NCBI GenBank assembly: GCA_965243135.1
Contig: OZ251539.1
Location: 4,640,001-4,704,000, forward strand
Source of the DNA: Alphaproteobacteria bacterium
GTDB lineage: Bacteria; Pseudomonadota; Alphaproteobacteria; MPNO01; UBA830
DNA: 64,000 nt
Reading direction: 5' to 3'
This document shows, piece by piece, positions 26,981 through 37,090 of this stretch. The translations under genes were made by a program, and so were the position numbers. How positions within the stretch are numbered: the stretch's first letter is position 1; every line of letters begins with the position of its first letter. The notes under the pieces were generated by a model that was not told the origin of the DNA, did not search any database, and saw only the letters and a list, made by a program, of their open reading frames with translations.

Positions 26981-29059
26981 ATGGACCGGGAAGCGAGACT
27001 GGCCGCCGACATCGGCGGGACCTTCACGGACGTCGTTCTCGACGCGCCGGCGGGACGTTTCGCGACCAAGGTGCTGACGACGCCGGGCGCGCCGGAACGC
27101 GGCGTCGTCGAGGGCGTCGAACGGGTTCTGCGGGAAAGCGGCGTCGCGGCGCGGGACGCGCGCATCTTCGTTCATGGAACGACGCTGGCGACCAATGCCC
27201 TGATCGAGCGCAAGGGAGCGAAAACGGCGTTCCTGACGACGGAAGGATTCCGGGACGTCCTCGAGACCGGTTTCGAGAAGCGGTTCGAACAGTACGACGT
27301 CTTCATGGACAAGCCGCCTCCGCTGGTGCCCCGCCCGCTGCGGCTTCCGGTCAGGGAGCGCGTCTCGGCGCGCGGGCGCGTCCTCGTGCCGCTGGACCGC
27401 GCTCAGGTGCGCGGCGTCGCCGCCGACCTCAGGGAGCGGGGCGTCGAGGCCGTAGCGGTCGGGCTGCTTCATGCCTACGCGTTCCCCGCCCACGAAAACC
27501 GCGTTCGAGAAATCCTTTCCGAAGAGCTTCCGGACGCGACGGTCTGCCTGTCGAGCGAGGTGTGTCCCGAAATCCGCGAGTACGAGCGGTTTTCCACGAC
27601 TTGCGCGAACGCCTACGTGCGCCCTCTCGTGTCCGGCTATCTGATCCGGTTGCGCGACATGCTGCGGGAACGCGGGATCGCCTGTCCGTTTTTCGCCATG
27701 GTGTCGGAGGGCGGCCTCACGACGCTCGAGAACGCGGCGCGGTTTCCGGTGCGCCTGGTCGAATCGGGCCCGGCCGGGGGAGCGATCATGGCCGGCCGCG
27801 TCGCGGAGGAATGCGGACTGGACGAGGCGCTCTCCTTCGATATGGGCGGAACGACGGCGAAGATCTGCTTCGTCGAAAACGGTCGTCCGCACCGCTCGCG
27901 ATCCCTCGAGGTCGCGCGGGCGTATCGCGGCCTGAAGGGGAGCGGCCTGCCGCTTCGCGTGCCGACGGTCGAACTGACGGAGATCGGCGCTGGCGGCGGG
28001 TCGATCGCCGGCGTGGACGGGACCGGCCGGATCCGCGTCGGACCCGAGAGCTCCGGCTCCGATCCGGGCCCGGCCTGCTACGGCCGCGGAGGCCGGCGGG
28101 CGACCGTAACCGACGCCAATCTGGTTTTGGGGAAGCTCGATCCGGATCGTTTCGCGGACGGAGCGATCGCGCTGAAGACGGACCTGGCGCGGGCCGCTCT
28201 GTCGCGCGACGTCGGCGAGCGCCTCGGACTCGAAGAGCTCTGGCCGGCCGCCGGGGTCGTCGAGATCGTGGAAGAGAACATGGCCAACGCCGCGCGCATC
28301 CACGCGATCGAACGGGGCAGGATCGTCGGACGCCACGCGATGGTGGCGTTCGGCGGCGCCGCGCCGCTTCATGCGGGACGGCTTGCCGAGAAACTGGGAA
28401 TCGCGCGCGTCGTCGTCCCGAAAGGAGCGGGCGTCGGATCGGCCATCGGATTCCTTCTGGCGCCGGTTTCCTACGAAGTCGCGCGCTCCCTTTCCGTCGA
28501 CCTGTCCCGGTTCGAGGCCGACCGCGTCAATGCGATGCTCGACGACATGCGAAGCGAAGCGGCGGCCGTCGTGGCCGGAGGCGCCGCGCCGGGAACCCGC
28601 TTTCTGACGGCCCGAAGCGTCGACCTGCGATACGCCGGGCAGGGGCACGAACTTGCGGTCGCGCTGGAGGACGGGCCGCTGGACGAACGGGAAGTCCGGA
28701 CGCTCAGGAACAGGTTCGAAACCCTCTACGCCGAGCTTTACGGACAGGCCATCCCGGACATGGACGTCAGGAGCGTGTCGTGGTCGGTCACCGTGTCTAC
28801 GGAGGCTCCGCTCGCGCCGGAGGCCGGAACGGAGACGGAAGTTCCGGCGGCGCCGAACGGCGTCCGCCGCGACCTCTACGACGCCGCGCAGGGAGAGATC
28901 GTCTCCTGCCGGGTTTACCCGAGGTCGAAACTGCCGGCCGGCGTCCGGATCGACGGTCCCGCGATCATTGCCGAAGAGCAGACCTCGACGGTCGTTCCGG
29001 CGAACTTCCACGCTTTCGTCAACGCGCCGGGCCACATCGTGATGGAAAGCAAGCGGTGA
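26981..29059 (+). CDS. Hydantoinase/oxoprolinase subunit A
   Basis: DIGGTFTD, HGTTLATNALIERKG, ESGPAGG, DMGGTTAK, GAGGGSIA, PGPACYG. Confidence 0.92.
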   Translation: MDREARLAADIGGTFTDVVLDAPAGRFATKVLTTPGAPERGVVEGVERVLRESGVAARDARIFVHGTTLATNALIERKGAKTAFLTTEGFRDVLETGFEKRFEQYDVFMDKPPPLVPRPLRLPVRERVSARGRVLVPLDRAQVRGVAADLRERGVEAVAVGLLHAYAFPAHENRVREILSEELPDATVCLSSEVCPEIREYERFSTTCANAYVRPLVSGYLIRLRDMLRERGIACPFFAMVSEGGLTTLENAARFPVRLVESGPAGGAIMAGRVAEECGLDEALSFDMGGTTAKICFVENGRPHRSRSLEVARAYRGLKGSGLPLRVPTVELTEIGAGGGSIAGVDGTGRIRVGPESSGSDPGPACYGRGGRRATVTDANLVLGKLDPDRFADGAIALKTDLARAALSRDVGERLGLEELWPAAGVVEIVEENMANAARIHAIERGRIVGRHAMVAFGGAAPLHAGRLAEKLGIARVVVPKGAGVGSAIGFLLAPVSYEVARSLSVDLSRFEADRVNAMLDDMRSEAAAVVAGGAAPGTRFLTARSVDLRYAGQGHELAVALEDGPLDEREVRTLRNRFETLYAELYGQAIPDMDVRSVSWSVTVSTEAPLAPEAGTETEVPAAPNGVRRDLYDAAQGEIVSCRVYPRSKLPAGVRIDGPAIIAEEQTSTVVPANFHAFVNAPGHIVMESKR

Positions 29060-30708
29060 CGGCCCTCGACGCCATTCGCCGGCAGGTGATGTGGAACCGG
29101 CTCGTCGCCGTGGTCGAGGAGCAGGCGCAGACCATTCTGCATACCGCCTTCGGCGCGGTGGTGCGCGAGGCGGGAGACCTCTCGGCCGGCATCTACGATC
29201 GGCGCGGCCGCATGATCGCGCAAGCGGTTACCGGAACGCCCGGGCACGTCAACACGATGGCGCGGGCCGTGGGGCATTTTCTCGAGCGCTTCCCGCTCCC
29301 GGAAATGGAGCCCGGCGACGCGTTCGTCACCAACGATCCATGGCTCGGAACCGGGCATCTGTTCGACTTCGTCGTCGTCTCGCCGGCATTCCATCAGGGG
29401 CGCGCCGTCGCCCTGTTCGCTTCGACCTGCCATGTCGTCGACGTGGGCGGCCGCGGCTTCACCGCCGAAGCGAGGTCGGTCTACGAAGAAGGGATCGCCG
29501 TCCCGCATATGAAGCTGCGGGATCGCGGCCGCCTCAACGAAGATCTGATGGCGATCCTGTCGGCGAACAGCCGGAATCCCGTCGAGGTCAGGGGCGACGT
29601 CCTGTCGCTGGTCGCCTGCAACGACAAGGGCCAGGAGCGGCTCCGCGACATGATGTCGGAGTTCGGGCTGACGGGGATCGACGCGCTCGCCGACCATATC
29701 GTCGACAGTTCGCGGGAGGCGATGATCGAAGCGATCCGCGCCGTTCCCAACGGCCGGTATCGGACGGAGATGGAGCTCGACGGCTACGAAGAACCGCTGT
29801 TCGTCAAGGCGGAAATGACGGTTTCGGACGCGGAAATCGCGGTCGACTACGCCGGCACTTCCAGGGCGTCCCGCTTCGGGATCAATTCTCCGTTCTGCTA
29901 CACGGAGGCGTATACCTGTTTCGGCATCAAATGCATCGTCGCTCCCGCCGTTCCGAACAACCACGGTTCGTTGAGCGCGTTGAGCGCGGTCGCGGAGGAA
30001 GGTTCGGCCGTCAATCCCGTCCGCCCGAGTCCCGTCACCGCCCGCCACGTCATCGGCCAGATGCTGCCGGACGTGGCGTTCGGCTGCCTTTCCCAGGCGC
30101 TGCCGGACGGGGTGCCGGCGGAGAGCGCGGGCAGCATATGGGTCCTGCCCTTCGCGGACGCAGGCGAAGGTCCGCGGTTCAACGTCATGAACGTCGGCAT
30201 GGGCGGCGTCGGCGCCCGGCCCGGCAAGGACGGATTGTCGGTGACGGCGTTTCCGAGCGGCGTCGGCGCGATACCGATCGAGGTGACGGAAGACGAGTCC
30301 CCTCTCGTCTTCAGGCGCAAGGAGCTTCTTCCGGATTCCGGAGGCCCCGGCAAGCATCGCGGAGGCCTGGGGCAAATCATCGAGATCGCGAACGCCGAGG
30401 GCTTTCCCTTCACCGTTTCGGCCGCCACGTTCGACCGCATGCGGAATCCGGCGCGCGGCCGCGACGGCGGCCGTCCGGGCGCGCGGGGAACCGCGCGCCT
30501 GGCGTCGGGGCGGGAATTCGCCGACAAGGCGGTTCATGCCGTTCCGCGAGGGGACAGCCTCGTCGTCACGTTGCCGGGCGGCGGCGGTTTGGGGGACCCT
30601 TGGGAAAGATCGGAGGACCTTGTGGCCTCGGATCTGCGCTCCGGCTACGTTTCGGCGGAAGGAGCGGAAAGGGATTACGGGCAACTTCAACGGGGAGAAA
30701 AACGATGA
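29056..30708 (+). CDS. Hydantoinase/oxoprolinase subunit B
   Basis: REAGDLS, NDPWLGTGHLFD, HVVDVGG, DSGGPGKHRGG, PGGGGLGDP; GTGA coupling to subunit A. Confidence 0.92.
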   Translation: MTALDAIRRQVMWNRLVAVVEEQAQTILHTAFGAVVREAGDLSAGIYDRRGRMIAQAVTGTPGHVNTMARAVGHFLERFPLPEMEPGDAFVTNDPWLGTGHLFDFVVVSPAFHQGRAVALFASTCHVVDVGGRGFTAEARSVYEEGIAVPHMKLRDRGRLNEDLMAILSANSRNPVEVRGDVLSLVACNDKGQERLRDMMSEFGLTGIDALADHIVDSSREAMIEAIRAVPNGRYRTEMELDGYEEPLFVKAEMTVSDAEIAVDYAGTSRASRFGINSPFCYTEAYTCFGIKCIVAPAVPNNHGSLSALSAVAEEGSAVNPVRPSPVTARHVIGQMLPDVAFGCLSQALPDGVPAESAGSIWVLPFADAGEGPRFNVMNVGMGGVGARPGKDGLSVTAFPSGVGAIPIEVTEDESPLVFRRKELLPDSGGPGKHRGGLGQIIEIANAEGFPFTVSAATFDRMRNPARGRDGGRPGARGTARLASGREFADKAVHAVPRGDSLVVTLPGGGGLGDPWERSEDLVASDLRSGYVSAEGAERDYGQLQRGEKR

Positions 30709-31724
30709 AGACCGGATTGGTTACCGCGGTCGCCGCTGCCGCGGCCATAGCGGCGGGCGTTTCGGCCGGCGCGCAGGCGCAGAGTCTCAAGGCCGGACTC
30801 ATGCTCAAGAAGGGCTTTCCCGGCGCGGAGCCGGTGAACGGCATGTACGAATTCTTCGAAGCCGAGGTGGAAAAGGGCTCCGGCGGCAAGATCGGCATGG
30901 AGATCGTCTACGGCGGGGCCTTGGGGAAGCCCAACGAACGCCTGAACCAGGTCCGGCGCGGCATCATTCAGATGTCCGACGCTTCGGACGGGAATTACGC
31001 CTCCATCTACAAGGACATCCAGGTTCTCTCGATGCCCTATCTGTTTCCCGACGAGCGGACCGCATGGAATCTTCTGGACGGCTCCATCGGGAGCCGCATC
31101 GCCGAAGATCTGCGCAAGAAGACCGGCATTCGCGTTCTCGGATGGTGGGAGTCGGGCGGCTTCAAGCACTACAGCGCGAACCGCGCCATTCGGAAGCCCG
31201 ACGACATGAAGGGATTGAAGATGCGGGTGATGGCGCCGATCTTCGGCATCCCCGTCCTGACGCTGGGCGGGTCGGCGACGCCGATCGCGTTTCCCGAGCT
31301 GTACACCTCTTTGAGGACGGGCGTGGTCGACGGTCAGGACAATGCGGTCTGGGTCTTCAACCTGATCAAGCTGCACGAGGTTCAAAAGTTTCTGATGCTG
31401 GACGGCCACATTTATTCCTTCGGCCCTCTCGGCATCAACGATCGCTGGTTCAGCGGCCTGTCCGCCGACCTTCAGGCCGTCGTTCTCGACGCCGGGAAAA
31501 AGGCCGTGGCGTACAACCGCAGGGAGTCGCGGGCGGCCGAAGCCAGGAACGTCGCGCTGGCGAAGGAGAAAGGCGTGACGGTCATTCCCTTCACGGCGGA
31601 GATGAAGAAGGAGTTCGCCGACCGCGTCAGGCCCGCGGCGGTGAAGTGGCTGAAGGAAAACGTCGATACCCCTGCGCTCGTCGACGAGGTGATCGCGGAA
31701 GTCGCGAAGCTCTCGCGGCAATAG
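30705..31724 (+). CDS. TRAP transporter substrate-binding protein (DctP family)
   Basis: Signal peptide, DMKGLKMRV, ELYTSLRTGVVDGQDN. Confidence 0.9.
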   Translation: MKTGLVTAVAAAAAIAAGVSAGAQAQSLKAGLMLKKGFPGAEPVNGMYEFFEAEVEKGSGGKIGMEIVYGGALGKPNERLNQVRRGIIQMSDASDGNYASIYKDIQVLSMPYLFPDERTAWNLLDGSIGSRIAEDLRKKTGIRVLGWWESGGFKHYSANRAIRKPDDMKGLKMRVMAPIFGIPVLTLGGSATPIAFPELYTSLRTGVVDGQDNAVWVFNLIKLHEVQKFLMLDGHIYSFGPLGINDRWFSGLSADLQAVVLDAGKKAVAYNRRESRAAEARNVALAKEKGVTVIPFTAEMKKEFADRVRPAAVKWLKENVDTPALVDEVIAEVAKLSRQ

Positions 31725-31745
31725 CCGCGGGCGCGTCGCCCGGCC

Positions 31746-32201
31746 ATGACGGGCCGTCTGGAACGCGGCCTGCGCGCGGTCTGCGCGGCGGCGCTTCTCG
31801 CGCTGTTCGCGCTCGTCGTCGCGCAGGTCGCGCTCCGATACGGTTTCGGCTACACGCCGTTCTTCACGGAAGAGGTGGCCCGCTACATGCTCGTCTGGTC
31901 GGTGCTGGCGGGCGCCGCGGCGTCGGTCGACGCCCATATCCGGGTTCCGTTCGTGCCGGATCTTCTGAGGCCCGCCGCGCGGCGGGCCTGGATGCTGGCG
32001 CTGGACGTCGCGACGCTCCTGCTGCTGGCCGTGTTGACCTTCGCCGCGGTTCGGTCGTTCGAGTTCGCCGCCGGCCAGACCAGCGACGGGCTCCAGATCC
32101 CGCTTCAGTACCCTTACGCGGTTCTCCCGCTCGCTTTCGGGGCGGCGCTGCTTCTTCTCGCCGTCCGCCTCAAACGCGGATTCAGGAAGGAGCGGGAGTG
32201 A
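31746..32201 (+). CDS. TRAP transporter small permease (DctQ family)
   Basis: QVALRY, EEVARY, HIRV, four TM segments. Confidence 0.88.
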   Translation: MTGRLERGLRAVCAAALLALFALVVAQVALRYGFGYTPFFTEEVARYMLVWSVLAGAAASVDAHIRVPFVPDLLRPAARRAWMLALDVATLLLLAVLTFAAVRSFEFAAGQTSDGLQIPLQYPYAVLPLAFGAALLLLAVRLKRGFRKERE

Positions 32202-33484
32202 GCCTCGCTCTCTTCGTCGCGTCTTTTCTGTTTCTCCTGTTCGCGGGCCTGCCGGTCGCGTGGACCATGGTCGCCTCCTCCGTCGTATGGCTGGCCGCGA
32301 GCGGGCAGATGGCGTTTCTCGCGGTTCTGCCGGAGCGCATCTTCCAGGGAATCGACGTATTCGTCCTGATGGCGATCCCGCTGTTCGTGCTGGCGGGCGA
32401 ACTCGTCAACGAGGGCCGCATCACGGACAGGCTGGTCGCGTTCGCGAACGTGCTGTTCGGCTGGATGCCGGGCGGACTGGCGCAAGTGAACATCGGCACG
32501 TCCATCCTGTTTTCCGGCATCACGGGCGTCGCGCTGGGCGATATCGCGGCGCTCGGCAAGGTGTTCATTCCGTCGATGGCGAAAAACGGCTATTCGCCGG
32601 CCTACGCCGCGGCCGTGACGGCTTCCTCGTCGATAATCGGACCCATGGTCCCGCCGTCGCTGATCGTCGTGATCTACGGCTCGATAACGGGCGTGTCCAT
32701 CGGCGCGCTGTTCGCCGCCTGCGTGGTTCCGGGCCTCCTGATCGGGTTCTGTCAGATGGCGCTCGTCTGGTTTCAGGCGCGAAGGCGAGGCTTCGTCGGC
32801 GTGGAGGTCGACCGTTCCCTGCCCGCGGTCGCGACGTCGGCCCGGCGGGCGCTGCCTCCCCTGCTGGTCCCGGTCATCGTATTGGCCGGCATTCTGGGCG
32901 GCGTCATGACTCCGACCGAAGCGGGCGGGCTCGCCGCCTTTTACGCCTTGGCGATCGCGGTCCTTCTTTATCGCTCGATAGGCTTGCGGCAGTTCCTGTC
33001 GGCGCTCGAGCGGTCCGCCGTCTTCTCGTCCCAGCTGCTGATCATCGTCGGATGCGGCGCCGTTTTCACCTGGGTGATGGGCATGGAAAACGTGCCGTCG
33101 CTGGTCGAGCGGACGGTGAAGGAATTCGACGTCCATCCCGTTCTGCTGCTGTTGACGCTGAATCTCGTCATGCTCGTCCTCGGAATGTTCGTCGATCCGA
33201 CTGCCGCCATCATCCTGTTCGTGCCGATTCTGGGGGCGATGGCGCAAGCCGCGGGCGTCGACCCGGTTCATTTCGGCGCCATCGCCATCCTGAATCTCAA
33301 TATCGGCCTCCTGACGCCGCCGCTGGGCGTCTGCCTTTTCGCGGCTGAGCGCATCGCCGGCTGCGGCCTCGCGGCGCTGCTGCGCGAGACCTGGCCTTTT
33401 TTGACCGTCAGCCTGGTCGCGTTGGTCCTCGTGACCTGCCTGCCGCAGCTCAGCCTGTGGCTGCCGCGCGCGATCGGGCTGTGA
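32198..33484 (+). CDS. TRAP transporter large permease (DctM family)
   Basis: AIPLFVLAG, GPMVPPS, TPTEA, DPVHFG, GLLTPPLG. Confidence 0.92.
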   Translation: MSLALFVASFLFLLFAGLPVAWTMVASSVVWLAASGQMAFLAVLPERIFQGIDVFVLMAIPLFVLAGELVNEGRITDRLVAFANVLFGWMPGGLAQVNIGTSILFSGITGVALGDIAALGKVFIPSMAKNGYSPAYAAAVTASSSIIGPMVPPSLIVVIYGSITGVSIGALFAACVVPGLLIGFCQMALVWFQARRRGFVGVEVDRSLPAVATSARRALPPLLVPVIVLAGILGGVMTPTEAGGLAAFYALAIAVLLYRSIGLRQFLSALERSAVFSSQLLIIVGCGAVFTWVMGMENVPSLVERTVKEFDVHPVLLLLTLNLVMLVLGMFVDPTAAIILFVPILGAMAQAAGVDPVHFGAIAILNLNIGLLTPPLGVCLFAAERIAGCGLAALLRETWPFLTVSLVALVLVTCLPQLSLWLPRAIGL

Positions 33485-33492
33485 GCGGCGGA

Positions 33493-34089
33493 ATGCGGAA
33501 GCGCGCGGATCTCGCCGGCGAAGCGAAGGGCCTGCGCATCGGCGAACGCCTGTCGCAGATCAGGAAAGCCAAGGGGCTTACCCTCGCCCGGCTGAGCGAG
33601 ACGACGGCGATTTCGGAAGCCACGCTGTCGCGCGCCGAAAACGGCATCTCGCCCCTCAACGCGCACAACTTGTACATCCTCGCCAGGGTGCTGGACGTCG
33701 ACGTGGTGTCTTTCTTCCGGTCGGACGCCGAGACTTTCGCGAGAGGGAAGCGCGCGATAACGAAAGCCGGCGAAGGGGAGCGCGGGTCGACGCAGCGCTA
33801 CGACCTCGAACTGCTGTGCGCCGAATTGTCGGCGAAGAGGATGGTGCCCAGCCGGAACCGGATCACCGCCCGCTCCCTGGAGGAAGCCGGCGGCCTGCGC
33901 GCTCACGAGGGGGAGGAATTCCTGTACGTTCTGTCGGGCGAGGTGGCGATCTACACGGATCTGTACGCGCCCGCGATCATGGAAACGGGGGACAGCATGT
34001 ATTTCGACGGAAACACGGCGCACGCTTACGTAGCGACGGGCGACGGCCCGGCCGAGATACTCGTGGTCACGACGGTCGATCATGGATGA
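33493..34089 (+). CDS. XRE-family HTH regulator with C-terminal cupin
   Basis: GLTLARLSETTAISEATLSRAENG; HEGEEFLYVLSG..GDSMYFDG..H. Confidence 0.9.
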   Translation: MRKRADLAGEAKGLRIGERLSQIRKAKGLTLARLSETTAISEATLSRAENGISPLNAHNLYILARVLDVDVVSFFRSDAETFARGKRAITKAGEGERGSTQRYDLELLCAELSAKRMVPSRNRITARSLEEAGGLRAHEGEEFLYVLSGEVAIYTDLYAPAIMETGDSMYFDGNTAHAYVATGDGPAEILVVTTVDHG

Positions 34090-34540
34090 CGGGTACGCCC
34101 ACGTCTGCTCGATACGGATCGCCCGTCCCGCGGAGACCGTTCTGGCGTTTCTGAGCGCGCCCGAGCTGTTGTCGAGCTGGGCGGCGGGCATGGGGCGCGC
34201 AAAGATCCACGACGATGGGCTTGTCGAGGGCGCGTTTCCGGATACGGGCGAACCGATCTGGGCGCGGATCGACGCGGATCCGAAGCGCAATGCGATTCAT
34301 TACCATCTCGGCCCGGAACCCTCGTCTCTGGCGCCGCGAATCGAGATACGAATCGTTCCCGGACCGGTCCTGGAGTCCGATGCCGACTCCTGCGTCGTCT
34401 CGATGATCGCGTGGCGGCAGAACGGCATGGACGACGTTCGTTGGCGAAGCCTCAAATCCGGCCACGAAGCCGAAATCCTCGAAATCAAGAGGCTGATCGA
34501 AAGCCAAAAATACCGGGTACAAAAAGGGTGCTTCTGCTAG
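34082..34540 (+). CDS. SRPBCC/START-like hypothetical protein
   Basis: SIRIARPAETVLAFLSAPELLSSWA N-terminus and C-terminal helix EILEIKRLIES; last codons run into AT-rich DNA. Confidence 0.65.
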   Translation: MDDGYAHVCSIRIARPAETVLAFLSAPELLSSWAAGMGRAKIHDDGLVEGAFPDTGEPIWARIDADPKRNAIHYHLGPEPSSLAPRIEIRIVPGPVLESDADSCVVSMIAWRQNGMDDVRWRSLKSGHEAEILEIKRLIESQKYRVQKGCFC

Positions 34541-34610
34541 TGGAGCTGCTAGAAATAAAAGTACCCCATCCATGGGAACAAACGATCTATTGCTCACCTG
34601 ACCATGCTTC

Positions 34611-34640
34611 TTGACAGTACCATCGAGACCGTGCTATGAA
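34611..34640 (+). promoter_or_regulatory. Putative sigma70 promoter of the low-GC insert
   Basis: TTGACA-18 bp-TATGAA with an extended -10 TG. Confidence 0.45.
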
Positions 34641-34697
34641 CATTCAAGTAATCCATTTTGAGGAAATTCTGACTGAATTTTCGCACGACAAATTTGG

Positions 34698-36188
34698 ATG
34701 TTATGGTATCCTGAATGGATTAGGGATGAGGATCAAGAAATCATGAAGGATCAAACATATCAATTGTTGCATAATTTTTCCAACTTTGTCGCAGTTGGCG
34801 ATTGTTGGGATGCTGCGCGAGAATTAATGGCTACGCATCAGATAATTGAGGTTTCTGAGACCGAAGAATTTATTTTAGGAATCAAGAAATTATCAGAAAT
34901 TGCGAGAAAAGGTGATGACATTGATCGTCTCATTGCAATCGATCTAATCGTTCGCATTTCTAAATTTGTAAAAAAATTGCGCCCGAAATCGGAGGAAGCG
35001 CTTCGTCAAATTCTAACGGATAATATACCGCCTTCTTCATTGTTATCAAACACAAAAAAAATCCCAGAGGGAGCGAAGCCAGCAGAACTACGCGAGAATT
35101 TGGCAATAGCGCTGAGCTATGCATCAGGAAATTGGGTCGTTCCATATGTTGTGCGTTCCTTGTTGGAGGAAGATCGTTCACAAAGATGTCGTATGGAATT
35201 AGCTCGCCAACTAGCCACACGAGAAAAATCTATTGACAAATGGTTGCTTTCAGTAATTAATTTTCTTATGAAAGGCGTAAACGAAAAGGAAAGAAATGTC
35301 GAAATCGCCGTGACAAGACTGCGCGATACTACAACAGCGCTTCTTGGTGCCGCGAGAGAAAACCGGAATAATCTCGGGATATCGGGAAACTCCGGCGTTA
35401 ATTTTTCTAAGATGTGTTCCCTTTTCACGCCAAATTCGTCGTTTGCTAAACGCCCAAAATCTCTAGAGTCTTGTTCAATTGAAGTAGCGCGCTTTCTGGA
35501 TGAAATATTTGCTAATAAACTCATGCTTATCGTGGAACCAGAAGCGTACTCTGTGTTGGATATAATTCAAAAATGGTGGCAACCACTTTCTTATCCACAA
35601 CGATTGCGAAATGCATTAGATCCAATAAAGGATAAAATACTTACTGGTATCACATTAAGAGCCCGCTGGGGGCAGAAATCTGATAAGCTTCGATCTCGTC
35701 TCGGACAGGCATATGGCGATCAACGGTTAGCATTTAATCGTCTTGAACAAATTGCAACGGAGGAAACAGGTCTTCCTTCAGATATTGATGATTGGTTGAG
35801 GGGGCGTCGTCGAAAGACGAGCGGCGTAGAAAATGCGACTCTCGCTCTTCAATCAGTGGAAGAAGATAGTTTAATTGATGCTTTTGCACCGCTGCTTCTT
35901 GAAGCGGAAGTCGTACTGAAATCTAGACTCGATCCTTCGTTGTCTAATGAAAATCGAACCAGTCTTCGACTCGCAGAAAATGTAAGATCTTTGGCGATAA
36001 GACATGGATTAGAAGTTGTTGGAGAACGAGATGAAATAGTGGAATATCTGCCAGTATGTCATCAGACTTCTTCGGGTGAAATACCACCGGATCCGTCTGT
36101 TAAAATCGTTCGTCCCATGGTGGTGCGCAAGCGATACGATGGAAGTGAAGACGTTGTTGTTAAGGCAATTGTAACCGCGGTATCATGA
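34698..36188 (+). CDS. Low-GC hypothetical helical protein with C-terminal GrpE-like region
   Basis: 496 aa, AT-rich codons. Tail HGLEVVGERDEIVEYLPVCHQ..SVKIVRPMV..DVVVKAIV resembles GrpE GxxFDPxxHxA..VxxG..LRxAxV. Start could be 34743. Confidence 0.7.
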   Translation: MLWYPEWIRDEDQEIMKDQTYQLLHNFSNFVAVGDCWDAARELMATHQIIEVSETEEFILGIKKLSEIARKGDDIDRLIAIDLIVRISKFVKKLRPKSEEALRQILTDNIPPSSLLSNTKKIPEGAKPAELRENLAIALSYASGNWVVPYVVRSLLEEDRSQRCRMELARQLATREKSIDKWLLSVINFLMKGVNEKERNVEIAVTRLRDTTTALLGAARENRNNLGISGNSGVNFSKMCSLFTPNSSFAKRPKSLESCSIEVARFLDEIFANKLMLIVEPEAYSVLDIIQKWWQPLSYPQRLRNALDPIKDKILTGITLRARWGQKSDKLRSRLGQAYGDQRLAFNRLEQIATEETGLPSDIDDWLRGRRRKTSGVENATLALQSVEEDSLIDAFAPLLLEAEVVLKSRLDPSLSNENRTSLRLAENVRSLAIRHGLEVVGERDEIVEYLPVCHQTSSGEIPPDPSVKIVRPMVVRKRYDGSEDVVVKAIVTAVS

Positions 36189-36220
36189 TGCCAACGCGCT
36201 AACCGAAAAAGGGGGTGTCC

Positions 36221-37008
36221 ATGGAAAATATGATCGGGTTGGATAGGCCAGCGCTTCTTTCAAGTGTACTAGATGAACGGTCAAGAAACCCCTTAGGTTG
36301 CGGCGTGATCAGGTAGTGTCTTTTTTCGAGTCGTTGCCGTATGTGGCGATGGAGACCTGCGTCAGCGCTCATCACTGGGGTCGGCGTCTGAGAGATACGA
36401 GGTAGAACTTTTCCGGCCCAGATCCTTACCTCAAATAGAACAAGAACGACGCACTGACAGCGAGGCGGTACAACGCCCGCAATTGCCGTCCCGAGGAGCA
36501 AGGACGTACACGGCGTGCTGTCGTTTCACAGGACGCCGAAAATGTTGGCTAAGTAGGGTGCCTAGAACTCCGACGAGTGCGCGGAGTTCGGCGTGGTCGC
36601 ATTCCAGAACTGTGCCGATGTGAACCAGCCGGTTCATCCGGGACGACAGCCTGCTGCCTGAAGAAGCTCGCTTGGCGACGTCGGTCAACCTTTTCGATCA
36701 GATCTGGAAGACCGCCGAGATGCAGGAGGCTCCGCGGAGTTGCACAGCGAGTTAGGCGACAATTCGAAAAAACTCCAGACGTCAGCGTGGCCACCGCGCT
36801 GACGGCATCGCTCGGGCTAGTGCCGCGGCAGAACGGTCCCGGTTCACCGTATCTGAAGGTGCTCATGGAAACAGTGAACTAGGTCGCCGTGGCGATTGCC
36901 AACCGAAACGTACGAATCGCTCGGGTGATGGTCCACAGCGTCCAATCTTATAGACCAAGGATTGCCGAGTCTCCAACCATACAGGCGCAGGCCGAAGTTC
37001 ACCCGTAA
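36221..37008 (+). pseudogene. Degenerate IS110-family transposase relic
   Basis: Fragments in shifting frames: MIGLD, VAMETCVSAHHWGRRL, YEVELFP, KNDA, ASLGLVPRQ, VAVAIANRNVRIARV, in IS110 order; multiple stops and deletions. Confidence 0.8.
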
Positions 37009-37090
37009 GTTGCATCCGAAAAATGCTTGCAACCCGTGGACGTCCATGCAAGTATGTGATGCATCCATTGAATCAGCAGAGGCGATAACC

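Noticed and set aside
25571-30708. Apparent giant proteins 25571..29059, 25622..29035 and 26923..30708
   Set aside because: Only the C-terminal parts are real (hydantoinase A, kynU, hydantoinase B); the extensions are stop-free GC-rich sequence overlapping neighbours, not fusions.
35591-35599. Perfect DnaA box TTATCCACA
   Set aside because: Single copy inside an AT-rich coding sequence; plausible by chance.
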